Notes: generated from the letters alone by a model not told the origin. A stretch of DNA of 64,000 nucleotides from Macrostomum lignano (GCA_002269645.1 NIVC01002827.1:73686-137685); one strand, 5' to 3'. Shown: positions 14,181 to 28,377, counted from the stretch's first letter. Numbers and translations are program-made.

Positions 14181-17100
14181 CTGACGGCTGACTCTACTGT
14201 TTAACAGGTGACTCTAGTGTCTAACAGGTAACTCTAGTGTCTAACAGGTGACTCTAGTGTCTAACAGGTGACTCTAGTGTCTAACAGGTGACTCTAGTGT
14301 CTAACAGGTGACTCTAGTGTCTAACAGGTGACTCTAGTGTCTAACAGGTGACTCTATTGTCTAACAGGTGACTCCAGTGTCTAACAGGTGACTCTAGTGT
14401 CTAACAGGTGACTCTAGTGTCTAACAGGTGACTCTAGTGTCTAACAGGTGACTCTAGTGTCTAACAGGTGACTCTAGTGTCTAACAGGTGACTCTAGTGT
14501 CTAACAGGTGACTCTAGTGTCTAACAGGTGACTCTAGTGTCTAACAGGTGACTCTAGTGTCTAACAGGTGACTCTAGTGTCTAACAGGTGACTCTATTGT
14601 CTAACAGGTGACTCCAGTGTCTAACAGGTGACTCTAGTGTCTAACAGGTGACTCTAGTGTCTAACAGGTGACTCTAGTGTCTAACAGGTGACTCTAGTGT
14701 CTAACAGGTGACTCTAGTGTCTAACAGGTGACTCTAGTGTCTAACAGGTGACTCTATTGTCTAACAGGTGACTCCAGTGTCTAACAGGTGACTCTATTGT
14801 CTAACAGGTGACTCTAGTGTCTAACAGGTGACTCTATTGTCTAACAGGTGACTCCAGTGTCTAACAGGTGACTCTAGTGTCTAGCAGGTAACTCTAGTGT
14901 CTAACAGGTGACTCTAGTGTCTAACAGGTGACTCTAGTGGCTAACAGGTGACTCTAGTGTCTAACAGGTGACTCTAGTGTCAAACAGGTGACTCCAGGGG
15001 CTAACAGGTGACTCTAGTGTCTAGCAGGTGACTCTAGTGTCTAACAGGTGACTCTACTGGCTAACAGGTGACTCTAGTGTCTAGCAGGTGACTCTAGTGT
15101 TCAACAGGTGACTCTAGTGTCTAACAGGTGACTCTAGTGTCTAACAGGTGACTCTAGTGTCTAACAGGTGACTCTAGTGTCTAACAGGTGACTCTAGTGT
15201 CTAACAGGTGACTCTAGTGTCTAACAGGTGACTCTAGTGTCTAACAGGTGACTCTAGTGTCTAACAGGTGACTCTAGTGTCTAACAGGTGACTCTAGTGT
15301 CTAACAGGTGACTCTAGTGTCTAACAGGTGACTCTAGTGTCTAACAGGTGACTCTAGTGTCTAACAGGTGACTCTAGTGTCTAACAGGTGACTCTAGTGT
15401 CTAACAGGTGACTCTAGTGGCTAACAGGTGACTCCAGTGGCTAACAGGTGACTCTAGTGTCTAGCAGGTGACTCTAGTGTCTAACAGGTGACTCTAGTGT
15501 CTAACAGGTAACTCTAGTGTCTAACAGGTGACTCTAGTGTCTAACAGGTGACTCTAGTGTCAAACAGGTGACTCCAGGGGCTAACAGGTGACTCTAGTGT
15601 CTAGCAGGTGACTCTAGTGGCTAACAGGTGACTCCAGTGGCTAACAGGTGACTCTAGTGTCTAGCAGGTGACTCCAGTGGCTAACAGGTGACTCTAGTGT
15701 CTAGCAGGTGACTCTAGTGTCTAACAGGTGACTCTAGTGTCTAACAGGTGACTCCAGTGTCTAACAGGTGACTCTAGTGTCTAGCAGGTAACTCTAGTGT
15801 CTAACAGGTGACTCTAGTGTCTAACAGGTGACTCTAGTGGCTAACAGGTGACTCTAGTGTCTAACAGGTGACTCTAGTGTCAAACAGGTGACTCCAGGGG
15901 CTAACAGGTGACTCTAGTGTCTAGCAGGTGACTCTAGTGTCTAACAGGTGACTCTACTGGCTAACAGGTGACTCCAGTGGCTAACAGGTGACTCTAGTGT
16001 CTAACAGGTGACTCTAGTGTCTAGCAGGTGACTCTAGTGTCTAACAGGTGACTCTAGTGTCTAACAGGTGACTCCAGTGGCTAACAGGTGACTCCAGTGG
16101 CTAACAGGTGACTCTAGTGTCTAGCAGGTGACTCCAGTGGCTAACAGGTGACTCTAGTGTCTAACAGGTGACTCTAGTGTCTAACAGGTGACTCCAGTGG
16201 CTAACAGGTGACTCTAGTGTCTAGCAGGTGACTCTAGTGTCTAACAGGTGACTCTAGTGGCTAACAGGTGACTCTAGTGTCTAACAGGTGACTCTAGTGT
16301 CAAACAGGTGACTCCAGGGGCTAACAGGTGACTCTAGTGTCTAGCAGGTGACTCTAGTGGCTAACAGGTGACTCCAGTGGCTAACAGGTGACTCTAGTGT
16401 CTAGCAGGTGACTCCAGTGGCTAACAGGTGACTCTAGTGTCTAGCAGGTGACTCTAGTGTCTAACAGGTGACTCTAGTGTCTAACAGGTGACTCTAGTGT
16501 CTAGCAGGTGACTCTAGTGTCTAACAGGTGACTCTAGTGTCTAACAGGTGACTCTAGTGTTCAACAGGTGACTCTAGTGTCTAACAGGTGACTCTAGTGT
16601 CTAACAGGTGACTCTAGTGTCTAGCAGGTGACTCTAGTGTCTAACAGGTGACTCTAGTGTTTAACAGGTGACTCTAGTGGCTAACAGGTGACTCTAGTGT
16701 CTAACAGGTGACTCTAGTGTCTAACAGGTGACTCCAGGGGCTAACAGGTGACTCTAGTGTCTAGCAGGTGACTCTAGTGTCTAACAGGTGACTCTACTGG
16801 CTAGCAGGTGACTCTAGTGTCTAACAGGTGACTCCAGTGGCTAACAGGTGACTCCAGGGGCTAACAGGTGACTCTAGTGTCTAGCAGGTGACTCCAGTGG
16901 CTAACAGGTGACTCTAATGTCTAGCAGGTGACTCTAGTGTCTAACAGGTGACTCTAGTGTCTAACAGGTGACTCTAGTGGCTAGCAGGTGACTCTAGTGT
17001 CTAACAGGTGACTCTAGTGTCTAACAGGTGACTCTAGTGTCTAACAGGTGACTCCAGTGGCTAACAGGTGACTCTAGTGTCTAACAGGTGACTCTAGTGT

Positions 17101-20100
17101 CTAGCAGGTGACTCTAGTGTCTAACAGGTGACTCTAGTGTCTAACAGGTGACTCTAGTGTCTAACAGGTGACTCTAGTGTCTAACAGGTGACTCTAGTGT
17201 CTAACAGGTGACTCTAGTGTCTAACAGGTGACTCCAGTGGCTAACAGGTGACTCTAGTGTCTAGCAGGTGACTCCAGTGGCTAACAGGTGACTCTAGTGT
17301 CTAGCAGGTGACTCTAGTGTCTAGCAGGTGACTCCAGTGGCTTACAGGTGACTCTAGTGTCTAACAGGTGACTCTAGTGTCTAACAGGTGACTCTAGTGT
17401 CTAGCAGGTGACTCCAGTGGCTAACAGGTGACTCTAGTGTCTAACAGGTGACTCCAGTGGCTAACAGGTGACTCTAGTGTCTAACAGGTGACTCTAGTGT
17501 CTAGCAGGTGACTCTAGTGTCTAACAGGTGACTCTAGTGTCTAACAGGTGACTCTAGTGTCTAGCAGGTGACTCTAGTGTCTAGCAGGTGACTCTAGTGT
17601 CTAACAGGTGACTCTAGTGTCTAACAGGTGACTCTAGTGTCTAACAGGTGACTCTAGTGTCTAACAGGTGACTCTCGTGTCTAACAGGTGACTCTAGTGT
17701 CTAACAGGTGACTCTAGTGTCTAGCAGGTGACTCTAGTGTCTAGCAGGTGACTCTAGTGTCTAACAGGTGACTCTAGTGTCTAACAGGTGACTCTAGTGT
17801 CTAACAGGTGACTCTAGTGTCTAACAGGTGACTCTAGTGTCTAGCAGGTGACTCTAGTGTCTAACAGGTGACTCTACTGGCTAACAGGTGACTCTAGTGT
17901 CTAACAGGTGACTCTAGTGTCTAACAGGTGACTCCAGTGGCTAACAGGTGACTCTAGTGTCTAACAGGTGACTCTAGTGTCTAGCAGGTGACTCTAGTGT
18001 CTAACAGGTGACTCTAGTGTCTAACAGGTGACTCTAGTGTCTAACAGGTGACTCCAGTGGCTAACAGGTGACTCTAGTGTCTAACAGGTGACTCCAGTGG
18101 CTAACAGGTGACTCTAGTGTCTAACAGGTGACTCTAGTGTCTAACAGGTGACTCCAGTGGCTAACAGGTGACTCTAGTGTCTAGCAGGTGACTCTAGTGT
18201 CTAACAGGTGACTCTAGTGTCTAACAGGTGACTCTAGTGTCTAACAGGTGACTCTAGTGTCTAACAGGTGACTCTAGTGTCTAGCAGGTGACTCTAGTGT
18301 CTAGCAGGTGACTCTAGTGTCTAACAGGTGACTCTAGTGTCTAACAGGTGACTCTAGTGTCTAACAGGTGACTCTCGTGTCTAACAGGTGACTCTAGTGT
18401 CTAGCAGGTGACTCTAGTGTCTAACAGGTGACTCTAGTGTCTAGCAGGTGACTCTAGTGTCTAGCAGGTGACTCTAGTGTCTAACAGGTGACTCTAGTGT
18501 CTAACAGGTGACTCTAGTGTTCAACAGGTGACTCTAGTGTCTAACAGGTGACTCTAGTGTCTAACAGGTGACTCTAGTGTCTAGCAGGTGACTCTAGTGT
18601 CTAACAGGTGACTCTAGTGTCTAACAGGTGACTCTAGTGGCTAACAGGTGACTCTAGTGTCTAACAGGTGACTCTAGTGTCTAACAGGTGACTCCAGGGG
18701 CTAACAGGTGACTCTAGTGTCTAGCAGGTGACTCTAGTGTCTAACAGGTGACTCTACTAGCTAACAGGTGACTCTAGTGTCTAACAGGTGACTCCAGTGG
18801 CTAACAGGTGACTCCAGTGGCTAACAGGTGACTCTAGTGTCTAGCAGGTGACTCCAGTGGCTAACAGGTGACTCTAGTGTCAAACAGGTGACTCCAGGGG
18901 CTAACAGGTGACTCTAGTGTCTAGCAGGTGACTCTAGTGTCTAACAGGTGACTCTACTGGCTAACAGGTGACTCTAGTGTCTAGCAGGTGACTCTAGTGT
19001 TCAACAGGTGACTCTAGTGTCTAACAGGTGACTCTAGTGTCTAACAGGTGACTCTAGTGTCTAACAGGTGACTCTAGTGTCTAACAGGTGACTCTAGTGT
19101 CTAACAGGTGACTCCAGTGGCTAACAGGTGACTCCAGTGGCTAACAGGTGACTCTAGTGTCTAACAGGTGACTCTAGTGTCTAGCAGGTGACTCTAGTGT
19201 CTAACAGGTGACTCTAGTGTCTAACAGGTGACTCTAGTGGCTAACAGGTGACTCCAGTGGCTAACAGGTGACTCTAGTGTCTAGCAGGTGACTCCAGTGG
19301 CTAACAGGTGACTCTAGTGTCTAACAGGTGACTCTAGTGTCTAACAGGTGACTCCAGTGGCTAACAGGTGACTCTAGTGTCTAGCAGGTGACTCTAGTGT
19401 CTAACAGGTGACTCTAGTGGCTAACAGGTGACTCTAGTGTCTAACAGGTGACTCTAGTGTCTAACAGGTGACTCCAGGGCTAACAGGTGACTCTAGTGTC
19501 TAGCAGGTGACTCTAGTGGCTAACAGGTGACTCCAGTGGCTAACAGGTGACTCTAGTGTCTAGCAGGTGACTCCAGTGGCTAACAGGTGACTCTAGTGTC
19601 TAGCAGGTGACTCTAGTGTCTAACAGGTGACTCTAGTGTCTAACAGGTGACTCTAGTGTCTAGCAGGTGACTCTAGTGTCTAACAGGTGACTCTAGTGTC
19701 TAACAGGTGACTCTAGTGTCTAACAGGTGACTCTAGTGTCTAACAGGTGACTCTAGTGTCTAACAGGTGACTCTAGTGTCTAGCAGGTGACTCTAGTGTC
19801 TAACAGGTGACTCTAGTGTCTAACAGGTGACTCTAGTGGCTAACAGGTGACTCTAGTGTCTAACAGGTGACTCTAGTGTCTAACAGGTGACTCCAGGGGC
19901 TAACAGGTGACTCTAGTGTCTAGCAGGTGACTCTAGTGTCTAACAGGTGACTCTACTGGCTAACAGGTGACTCTAGTGTCTAACAGGTGACTCCAGTGGC
20001 TAACAGGTGACTCCAGTGCTAACAGGTGACTCTAGTGTCTAGCAGGTGACTCTAGTGTCTAACAGGTGACTCTAGTGTCTAGCAGGTGACTCTAGTGTCT

Positions 20101-23100
20101 AACAGGTGACTCTAGTGTCTAACAGGTGACTCTAGTGTCTAGCAGGTGACTCTAGTGTCTAACAGGTGACTCTAGTGTCTAACAGGTGACTCTAGTGTCT
20201 AACAGGTGACTCTAGTGTCTAACAGGTGACTCTAGTGTCTAACAGGTGACTCTAGTGTCTAGCAGGTGACTCTAGTGTCTAACAGGTGACTCTAGTGTCT
20301 AACAGGTGACTCTAGTGTCTAACAGGTGACTCTAGTGTCTAACAGGTGACTCTAGTGTCTAACAGGTGACTCCATGGCTAACAGGTGACTCCAGTGTCTA
20401 ACAGGTGACTCTAGTGTCTAACAGGTGACTCCAGTGGCTAACAGGTGACTCTAGTGTCTAACAGGTGACTCTAGTGTCTAACAGGTGACTCTAGTGTCTA
20501 CAGGTGACTCTAGTGTCTAACAGGTGACTCTAGTGTCTAACAGGTGACTCTAGTGTCTAGCAGGTGACTCTAGTGTCTAACAGGTGACTCTAGTGTCTAA
20601 CAGGTGACTCCAGTGGCTAACAGGTGACTCTAGTGTCTAACAGGTGACTCTAGTGTCTAACAGGTGACTCTAGTGTCTAACAGGTGACTCTAGTGTCTAA
20701 CAGGTGACTCTAGTGTCTAGCAGGTGACTCTAGTGTCTAACAGGTGACTCTAGTGTCTAACAGGTGACTCTAGTGTCTAACAGGTGACTCTAGTGTCTAA
20801 CAGGTGACTCTAGTGTCTAACAGGTGACTCTAGTGTCTAACAGGTGACTCTAGTGTCTAACAGGTGACTCTAGTGTCTAACAGGTGACTCTAGTGTCTAA
20901 CAGGTGACTCTAGTGTCTAACAGGTGACTCTAGTGTCTAACAGGTGACTCTAGTGTCTAACAGGTGACTCTAGTGTCTAACAGGTGACTCTAGTGTCTAA
21001 CAGGTGACTCTAGTGTCTAACAGGTGACTCTAGTGGCTAACAGGTGACTCTAGTGTCTAACAGGTGACTCTAGTGTCTAACAGGTGACTCTAGTGGCTAA
21101 CAGGTGACTCTAGTGTCTAACAGGTGACTCTAGTGTCTAACAGGTGACTCTAGTGTCTAACAGGTGACTCTAGTGTCTAACAGGTGACTCTAGTGTCTAA
21201 CAGGTGACTCTAGTGCTAACAGGTGACTCTAGTGTCTAACAGGTGACTCCAGGCTAACAGGTGACTCTAGTGTCTAGCAGGTGACTCTAGTGGCTAACAG
21301 GTGACTCCAGTGTCTAACAGGTGACTCTAGTGTCTAACAGGTGACTCTAGTGTCTAACAGGTGACTCTAGTGTCTAGCAGGTGACTCTAGTGTCTAACAG
21401 GTGACTCTAGTGTCTAACAGGTGACTCTAGTGTCTAACAGGTGACTCTAGTGTCTAACAGGTGACTCTAGTGTCTAACAGGTGACTCTAGTGTCTAACAG
21501 GTGACTCTAGTGTCTAACAGGTGACTCTAGTGTCTAACAGGTGACTCTAGTGTCTAACAGGTGACTCTAGTGTCTAACAGGTGACTCTAGTGTCTAACAG
21601 GTGACTCTAGTGGCTAACAGGTGACTCTAGTGTCTAACAGGTGACTCTAGTGTCTAACAGGTGACTCTAGGCTAACAGGTGACTCTAGTGTCTAACAGGT
21701 GACTCTAGTGTCTAACAGGTGACTCTAGGCTAACAGGTGACTCTAGTGTCTAACAGGTGACTCCAGTGGCTAACAGGTGACTCTAGTCTAACAGGTGACT
21801 CTAGTGTCTAACAGGTGACTCTAGTGTCTAACAGGTGACTCTAGTGTCTAGCAGGTGACTCTAGTGTCTAACAGGTGACTCTAGTGTCTAACAGGTGACT
21901 CTAGTGTCTAACAGGTGACTCTAGTGTCTAACAGGTGACTCTAGTGTCTAACAGGTGACTCTAGTGTCTAACAGGTGACTCTAGTGTCTAACAGGTGACT
22001 CTAGTGTCTAACAGGTGACTCTAGTGTCTAACAGGTGACTCTAGTGTCTAACAGGTGACTCTAGTGTCTAACAGGTGACTCTAGTGTCTAACAGGTGACT
22101 CTAGTGTCTAACAGGTGACTCTAGTGTCTAACAGGTGACTCTAGTGTCTAACAGGTGACTCTAGTGTCTAACAGGTGACTCTAGTGTCTAGCAGGTGACT
22201 CCAGTGGCTAACAGGTGACTCTAGTGTCTAACAGGTGACTCTAGTGTCTAACAGGTGACTCTAGTGTCTAACAGGTGACTCTAGTGTCTAACAGGTGACT
22301 CTAGTGTCTAACAGGTGACTCTAGTGTCTAACAGGTGACTCTAGTGTCTAACAGGTGACTCTAGTGTCTAACAGGTGACTCTAGTGTCTAACAGGTGACT
22401 CTAGTGTCTAACAGGTGACTCTAGTGTCTAGCAGGTGACTCTAGTGTCTAACAGGTGACTCTAGTGTCTAACAGGTGACTCTAGTGTCTAACAGGTGACT
22501 CTAGTGTCTAACAGGTGACTCTAGTGTCTAACAGGTGACTCTAGTGTCTAACAGGTGACTCTAGTGTCTAACAGGTGACTCTAGTGTCTAACAGGTGACT
22601 CTAGTGTCTAACAGGTGACTCTAGTGTCTAACAGGTGACTCTAGTGTCTAACAGGTGACTCTAGTGTCTAACAGGTGACTCTAGTGTCTAACAGGTGACT
22701 CTAGTGTCTAACAGGTGACTCTAGTGTCTAACAGGTGACTCTAGTGTCTAACAGGTGACTCTAGTGTCTAACAGGTGACTCTAGTGTCTAACAGGTGACT
22801 CTAGTGGCTAACAGGTGACTCTAGTGTCTAACAGGTGACTCTAGTGTCTAACAGGTGACTCTAGTGTCTAACAGGTGACTCTAGTGTCTAACAGGTGACT
22901 CTAGTGTCTAACAGGTGACTCTAGTGTCTAACAGGTGACTCTAGTGTCTAACAGGTGACTCTAGTGTCTAACAGGTGACTCTAGTGGCTAACAGGTGACT
23001 CTAGTGTCTAACAGGTGACTCTAGTGGCTAACAGGTGACTCTAGTGTCTAACAGGTGACTCTAGTGTCTAACAGGTGACTCTAGTGTCTAACAGGTGACT

Positions 23101-26100
23101 CTAGTGTCTAACAGGTGACTCTAGTGTCTAACAGGTGACTCTAGTGTCTAACAGGTGACTCTAGTGTCTAACAGGTGACTCTAGTGTCTAACAGGTGACT
23201 CTAGTGTCTAACAGGTGACTCTAGTGTCTAACAGGTGACTCTAGTGTCTAACAGGTGACTCTAGTGTCTAACAGGTGACTCTAGTGTCTAACAGGTGACT
23301 CTAGTGTCTAACAGGTGACTCTAGTGTCTAGCAGGTGACTCTAGTGTCTAACAGGTGACTCTAGTGTCTAACAGGTGACTCTAGTGTCTAACAGGTGACT
23401 CTAGTGTCTAACAGGTGACTCTAGTGTCTAACAGGTGACTCTAGTGTCTAACAGGTGACTCTAGTGTCTAACAGGTGACTCTAGTGTCTAACAGGTGACT
23501 CTAGTGTCTAACAGGTGACTCTAGTGTCTAACAGGTGACTCTAGTGTCTAACAGGTGACTCTAGTGGCTAACAGGTGACTCTAGTGTCTAACAGGTGACT
23601 CTAGTGTCTAACAGGTGACTCTAGCTAACAGGTGACTCTAGTGTCTAACAGGTGACTCTAGTGTCTAACAGGTGACTCTAGTGTCTAACAGGTGACTCTA
23701 GTGTCTAACAGGTGACTCCAGTGGCTAACAGGTGACTCTAGTGTCTAACAGGTGACTCTAGTGTCTAACAGGTGACTCTAGTGTCTAACAGGTGACTCTA
23801 GTGTCTAACAGGTGACTCTAGGCTAACAGGTGACTCTAGTGTCTAACAGGTGACTCTAGTGTCTAACAGGTGACTCTAGTGTCTAACAGGTGACTCTAGT
23901 GTCTAACAGGTGACTCTAGTGTCTAACAGGTGACTCTAGTGTCTAACAGGTGACTCTAGTGTCTAACAGGTGACTCTAGTGTCTAACAGGTGACTCTAGT
24001 GTCTAACAGGTGACTCTAGTGTCTAACAGGTGACTCTAGTGTCTAACAGGTGACTCTAGTGTCTAACAGGTGACTCTAGTGTCTAACAGGTGACTCTAGT
24101 GTCTAACAGGTGACTCTAGTGTCTAACAGGTGACTCTAGTGTCTAACAGGTGACTCCAGTGGCTAACAGGTGACTCTAGTGTCTAACAGGTGACTCTAGT
24201 GTCTAACAGGTGACTCCAGTGGCTAACAGGTGACTCTAGTGTCTAACAGGTGACTCTAGTGTCTAACAGGTGACTCTAGTGGCTAACAGGTGACTCTAGT
24301 GTCTAACAGGTGACTCTAGTGTCTAACAGGTGACTCTAGTGGCTAACAGGTGACTCTAGTGTCTAACAGGTGACTCTAGTGTCTAACAGGTGACTCCAGG
24401 GGCTAACAGGTGACTCTAGTGTCTAGCAGGTGACTCTAGTGTGGCTAACAGGTGACTCTAGTGTCTAACAGGTGACTCTAGTGTCTAACAGGTGACTCTA
24501 GTGTCTAACAGGTGACTCTAGTGTCTAGCAGGTGACTCTAGTGTCTAACAGGTGACTCTAGTGTCTAACAGGTGACTCTAGTGTCTAACAGGTGACTCTA
24601 GTGTCTAACAGGTGACTCTAGTGTCTAACAGGTGACTCTAGTGTCTAACAGGTGACTCTAGTGTCTAACAGGTGACTCTAGTGTCTAACAGGTGACTCTA
24701 GTGTCTAACAGGTGACTCTAGTGTCTAACAGGTGACTCTAGTGTCTAACAGGTGACTCCAGGGGCTAACAGGTGACTCTAGTGTCTAGCAGGTGACTCTA
24801 GTGTCTAACAGGTGACTCTACTGGCTAGCAGGTGACTCTAGTGTCTAACAGGTGACTCCAGTGGCTAACAGGTGACTCTAGTGTCTAACAGGTGACTCTA
24901 GTGTCTAGCAGGTGACTCTAGTGGCTAACAGGTGACTCTAGTGTCTAGCAGGTGACTCTAGTGTCTAACAGGTGACTCTAGTGTCTAACAGGTGACTCTA
25001 GTGTCTAGCAGGTGACTCTAGTGTCTAACAGGTGACTCTAGTGTCTAACAGGTGACTCTAGTGTCTAACAGGTGACTCCAGTGGCTAACAGGTGACTCTA
25101 GTGTCTAACAGGTGACTCTAGTGTCTAGCAGGTGACTCTAGTGTCTAACAGGTGACTCTAGTGTCTAACAGGTGACTCTAGTGTCTAACAGGTGACTCTA
25201 GTGTCTAACAGGTGACTCTAGTGTCTAACAGGTGACTCCAGTGCTAACAGGTGACTCTAGTGTCTAACAGGTGACTCTAGTGTCTAACAGGTGACTCTAG
25301 TGGCTAACAGGTGACTCTAGTGTCTAGCAGGTGACTCTAGTGTCTAACAGGTGACTCTAGTGTCTAACAGGTGACTCTAGTGTCTAACAGGTGACTCTAG
25401 TGTCTAACAGGTGACTCTAGTGTCTAACAGGTGACTCTAGTGTCTAACAGGTGACTCTAGTGTCTAACAGGTGACTCTAGTGTCTAACAGGTGACTCTAG
25501 TGTCTAACAGGTGACTCTAGTGTCTAACAGGTGACTCTAGTGTCTAACAGGTGACTCTAGTGTCTAACAGGTGACTCTAGTGTCTAGCAGGTGACTCTAG
25601 TGTCTAACAGGTGACTCTAGTGTCTAACAGGTGACTCTAGTGTCTAACAGGTGACTCTAGTGTCTAACAGGTGACTCTAGTGTCTAACAGGTGACTCTAG
25701 TGTCTAACAGGTGACTCTAGTGTCTAACAGGTGACTCTAGTGTCTAGCAGGTGACTCTAGTGTCTAACAGGTGACTCTAGTGTCTAACAGGTGACTCTAG
25801 TGTCTAACAGGTGACTCTAGTGTCTAACAGGTGACTCTAGTGTCTAACAGGTGACTCTAGTGTCTAACAGGTGACTCTAGTGTCTAACAGGTGACTCTAG
25901 TGTCTAACAGGTGACTCTAGTGTCTAACAGGTGACTCTAGTGTCTAACAGGTGACTCTAGTGGCTAACAGGTGACTCTAGTGTCTAACAGGTGACTCTAG
26001 TGTCTAACAGGTGACTCTAGTGTCTAACAGGTGACTCTAGTGTCTAACAGGTGACTCTAGTGTCTAACAGGTGACTCTAGTGTCTAACAGGTGACTCTAG

Positions 26101-27360
26101 TGTCTAACAGGTGACTCTAGTGTCTAACAGGTGACTCTAGTGTCTAACAGGTGACTCTAGTGTCTAACAGGTGACTCTAGTGTCTAACAGGTGACTCTAG
26201 TGTCTAACAGGTGACTCTAGTGTCTAACAGGTGACTCTAGTGTCTAACAGGTGACTCTAGTGTCTAACAGGTGACTCTAGTGTCTAACAGGTGACTCTAG
26301 TGTCTAACAGGTGACTCTAGTGTCTAACAGGTGACTCTAGTGTCTAACAGGTGACTCTAGTGTCTAACAGGTGACTCTAGTGTCTAACAGGTGACTCTAG
26401 TGTCTAGCAGGTGACTCTAGTGTCTAACAGGTGACTCTAGTGTCTAACAGGTGACTCTAGTGTCTAACAGGTGACTCTAGTGTCTAACAGGTGACTCTAG
26501 TGTCTAACAGGTGACTCTAGTGTCTAACAGGTGACTCTAGTGTCTAACAGGTGACTCTAGTGTCTAACAGGTGACTCTAGTGTCTAACAGGTGACTCTAG
26601 TGTCTAACAGGTGACTCTAGTGTCTAACAGGTGACTCTAGTGTCTAACAGGTGACTCTAGTGTCTAACAGGTGACTCTAGTGTCTAACAGGTGACTCTAG
26701 TGGCTAACAGGTGACTCTAGTGTCTAACAGGTGACTCTAGTGTCTAACAGGTGACTCTAGTGTCTAACAGGTGACTCTAGTGTCTAACAGGTGACTCTAG
26801 TGTCTAACAGGTGACTCTAGTGTCTAACAGGTGACTCTAGTGTCTAACAGGTGACTCTAGTGTCTAACAGGTGACTCTAGTGTCTAACAGGTGACTCTAG
26901 TGTCTAACAGGTGACTCTAGTGTCTAACAGGTGACTCTAGTGTCTAACAGGTGACTCTAGTGTCTAACAGGTGACTCTAGTGTCTAACAGGTGACTCTAG
27001 TGTCTAACAGGTGACTCTAGTGTCTAACAGGTGACTCTAGTGTCTAACAGGTGACTCTAGTGTCTAACAGGTGACTCTAGTGTCTAACAGGTGACTCTAG
27101 TGTCTAACAGGTGACTCTAGTGTCTAACAGGTGACTCTAGTGTCTAACAGGTGACTCTAGTGTCTAACAGGTGACTCTAGTGTCTAACAGGTGACTCTAG
27201 TGTCTAACAGGTGACTCTAGTGTCTAACAGGTGACTCTAGTGTCTAACAGGTGACTCTAGTGTCTAACAGGTGACTCTAGTGTCTAACAGGTGACTCTAG
27301 TGTCTAACAGGTGACTCTAGTGTCTAACAGGTGACTTTAGTGTCTAACAGGTGACTCTTC
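14181..27360. repeat. 20-bp satellite (CTAACAGGTGACTCTAGTGT)n, about 655 copies, filling HDC intron 7
   Basis: Direct tandem array. Degenerate copies continue to about 27490, close to the acceptor. Confidence 0.99.
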
Positions 27361-27529
27361 TCTCCAACCAAATGACTCTAGTATCGAACCAGATGACTCA
27401 GTTTCTAAAATGTGAATTGAATATCTATACAGTTAACACTAGTGTATAACAGTTGATTCAAATATCTAACAGGTCACAAGTGTCTAATGTTTAATTGCCT
27501 GCCACCCGAACTTTCAACCACCACTGCAG

Positions 27530-27631
27530 TCGGTTCATCTCGCCGAATACTTTGAAGCCAAGATTCGGGCCGACTCGCGATTCGAAATTATCGCCGAACG
27601 AAACCTGGGTTTGGTGACGTTTCGACTGAAG
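27530..27631 (+). CDS. HDC: Histidine decarboxylase, coding exon 8
   Basis: Acceptor CTGCAG|TCG. SVHLAEYFEAKIRADSRFEIIAERNLGLVTFRLK continues in phase after the 13.4-kb intron. Donor AAG|GTTCGA. Confidence 0.9.
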
Positions 27632-27879
27632 GTTCGACTATTAATGATACCTGAATTTCAAAGAAGTCTTGGATAGAGTTTAGCTGGTATTAAGGCTAAA
27701 AGTGCATGTATCGTTGTACTTTATCACATCACTCTCGTCTAAATGAAGCTTCCTATTTGTGTTCGGGATCAGTTTAAACGATTGATTTCACTATTGAAAC
27801 GATAAAGTGATATTAGCAGCTGGATTTTGCACGAAGCGCAGTCTGAGGCTGTTATTTATAAAAGTCAATCTGTTATCGT

Positions 27880-28245
27880 TTAAAGTCCTTCTGATCGTTC
27901 AAGGTCACTCTCTCATCGTTCAAAGTCACTCTCTTATCCTTCGAGGTCAGTCTCTTATCTTTCAAGGTCACTCTCTTATGCTCGTATCGCTCAAGGCCTG
28001 TCTCTTATCGTTCAAGGTCAGTCTCTTACGCTCTTATCGTTCAAGGTCAGTCTCTTACGCTCTTATCGTTCAAGGTCAGTCTCTTACGCTCTTATCGTTC
28101 AAGGTCAGTCTCTTACGCTCTTATCGTTCAAGGTCAGTCTCTTACGCTCTTATCGTTCAAGGTCAGTCTCTTACGCTCTTATCGTTCAAGGTCAGTCTCT
28201 TACGCTCTTATCGTTCAAGGTCACTCTCTTATGATCTTATCATTA
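27880..28245. repeat. 29-bp tandem repeat (TCTTATCGTTCAAGGTCAGTCTCTTACGC)n, HDC intron 8
   Basis: About 8 near-perfect copies plus degenerate flanks. Confidence 0.95.
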
Positions 28246-28377
28246 AAGGTCACGTTTTTATCAAATTCAAGGTCAGTGTCGTATTAAACGTATCGATCAA
28301 TCGCATTAAAACACAATAATGCCCGAAGCCTCTACTTCTAGTAGCAATGTTAGATAAAAATACAACGATCCTCCTAG

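Noticed and set aside
14181-27360. Regular array resembling a CRISPR locus
   Set aside because: Head-to-tail 20-mers with no unique spacers, no cas genes, and a eukaryotic intronic context.
27807-28319. 170-aa plus-strand ORF
   Set aside because: Lies in HDC intron 8 and is a translation of the 29-bp repeat.
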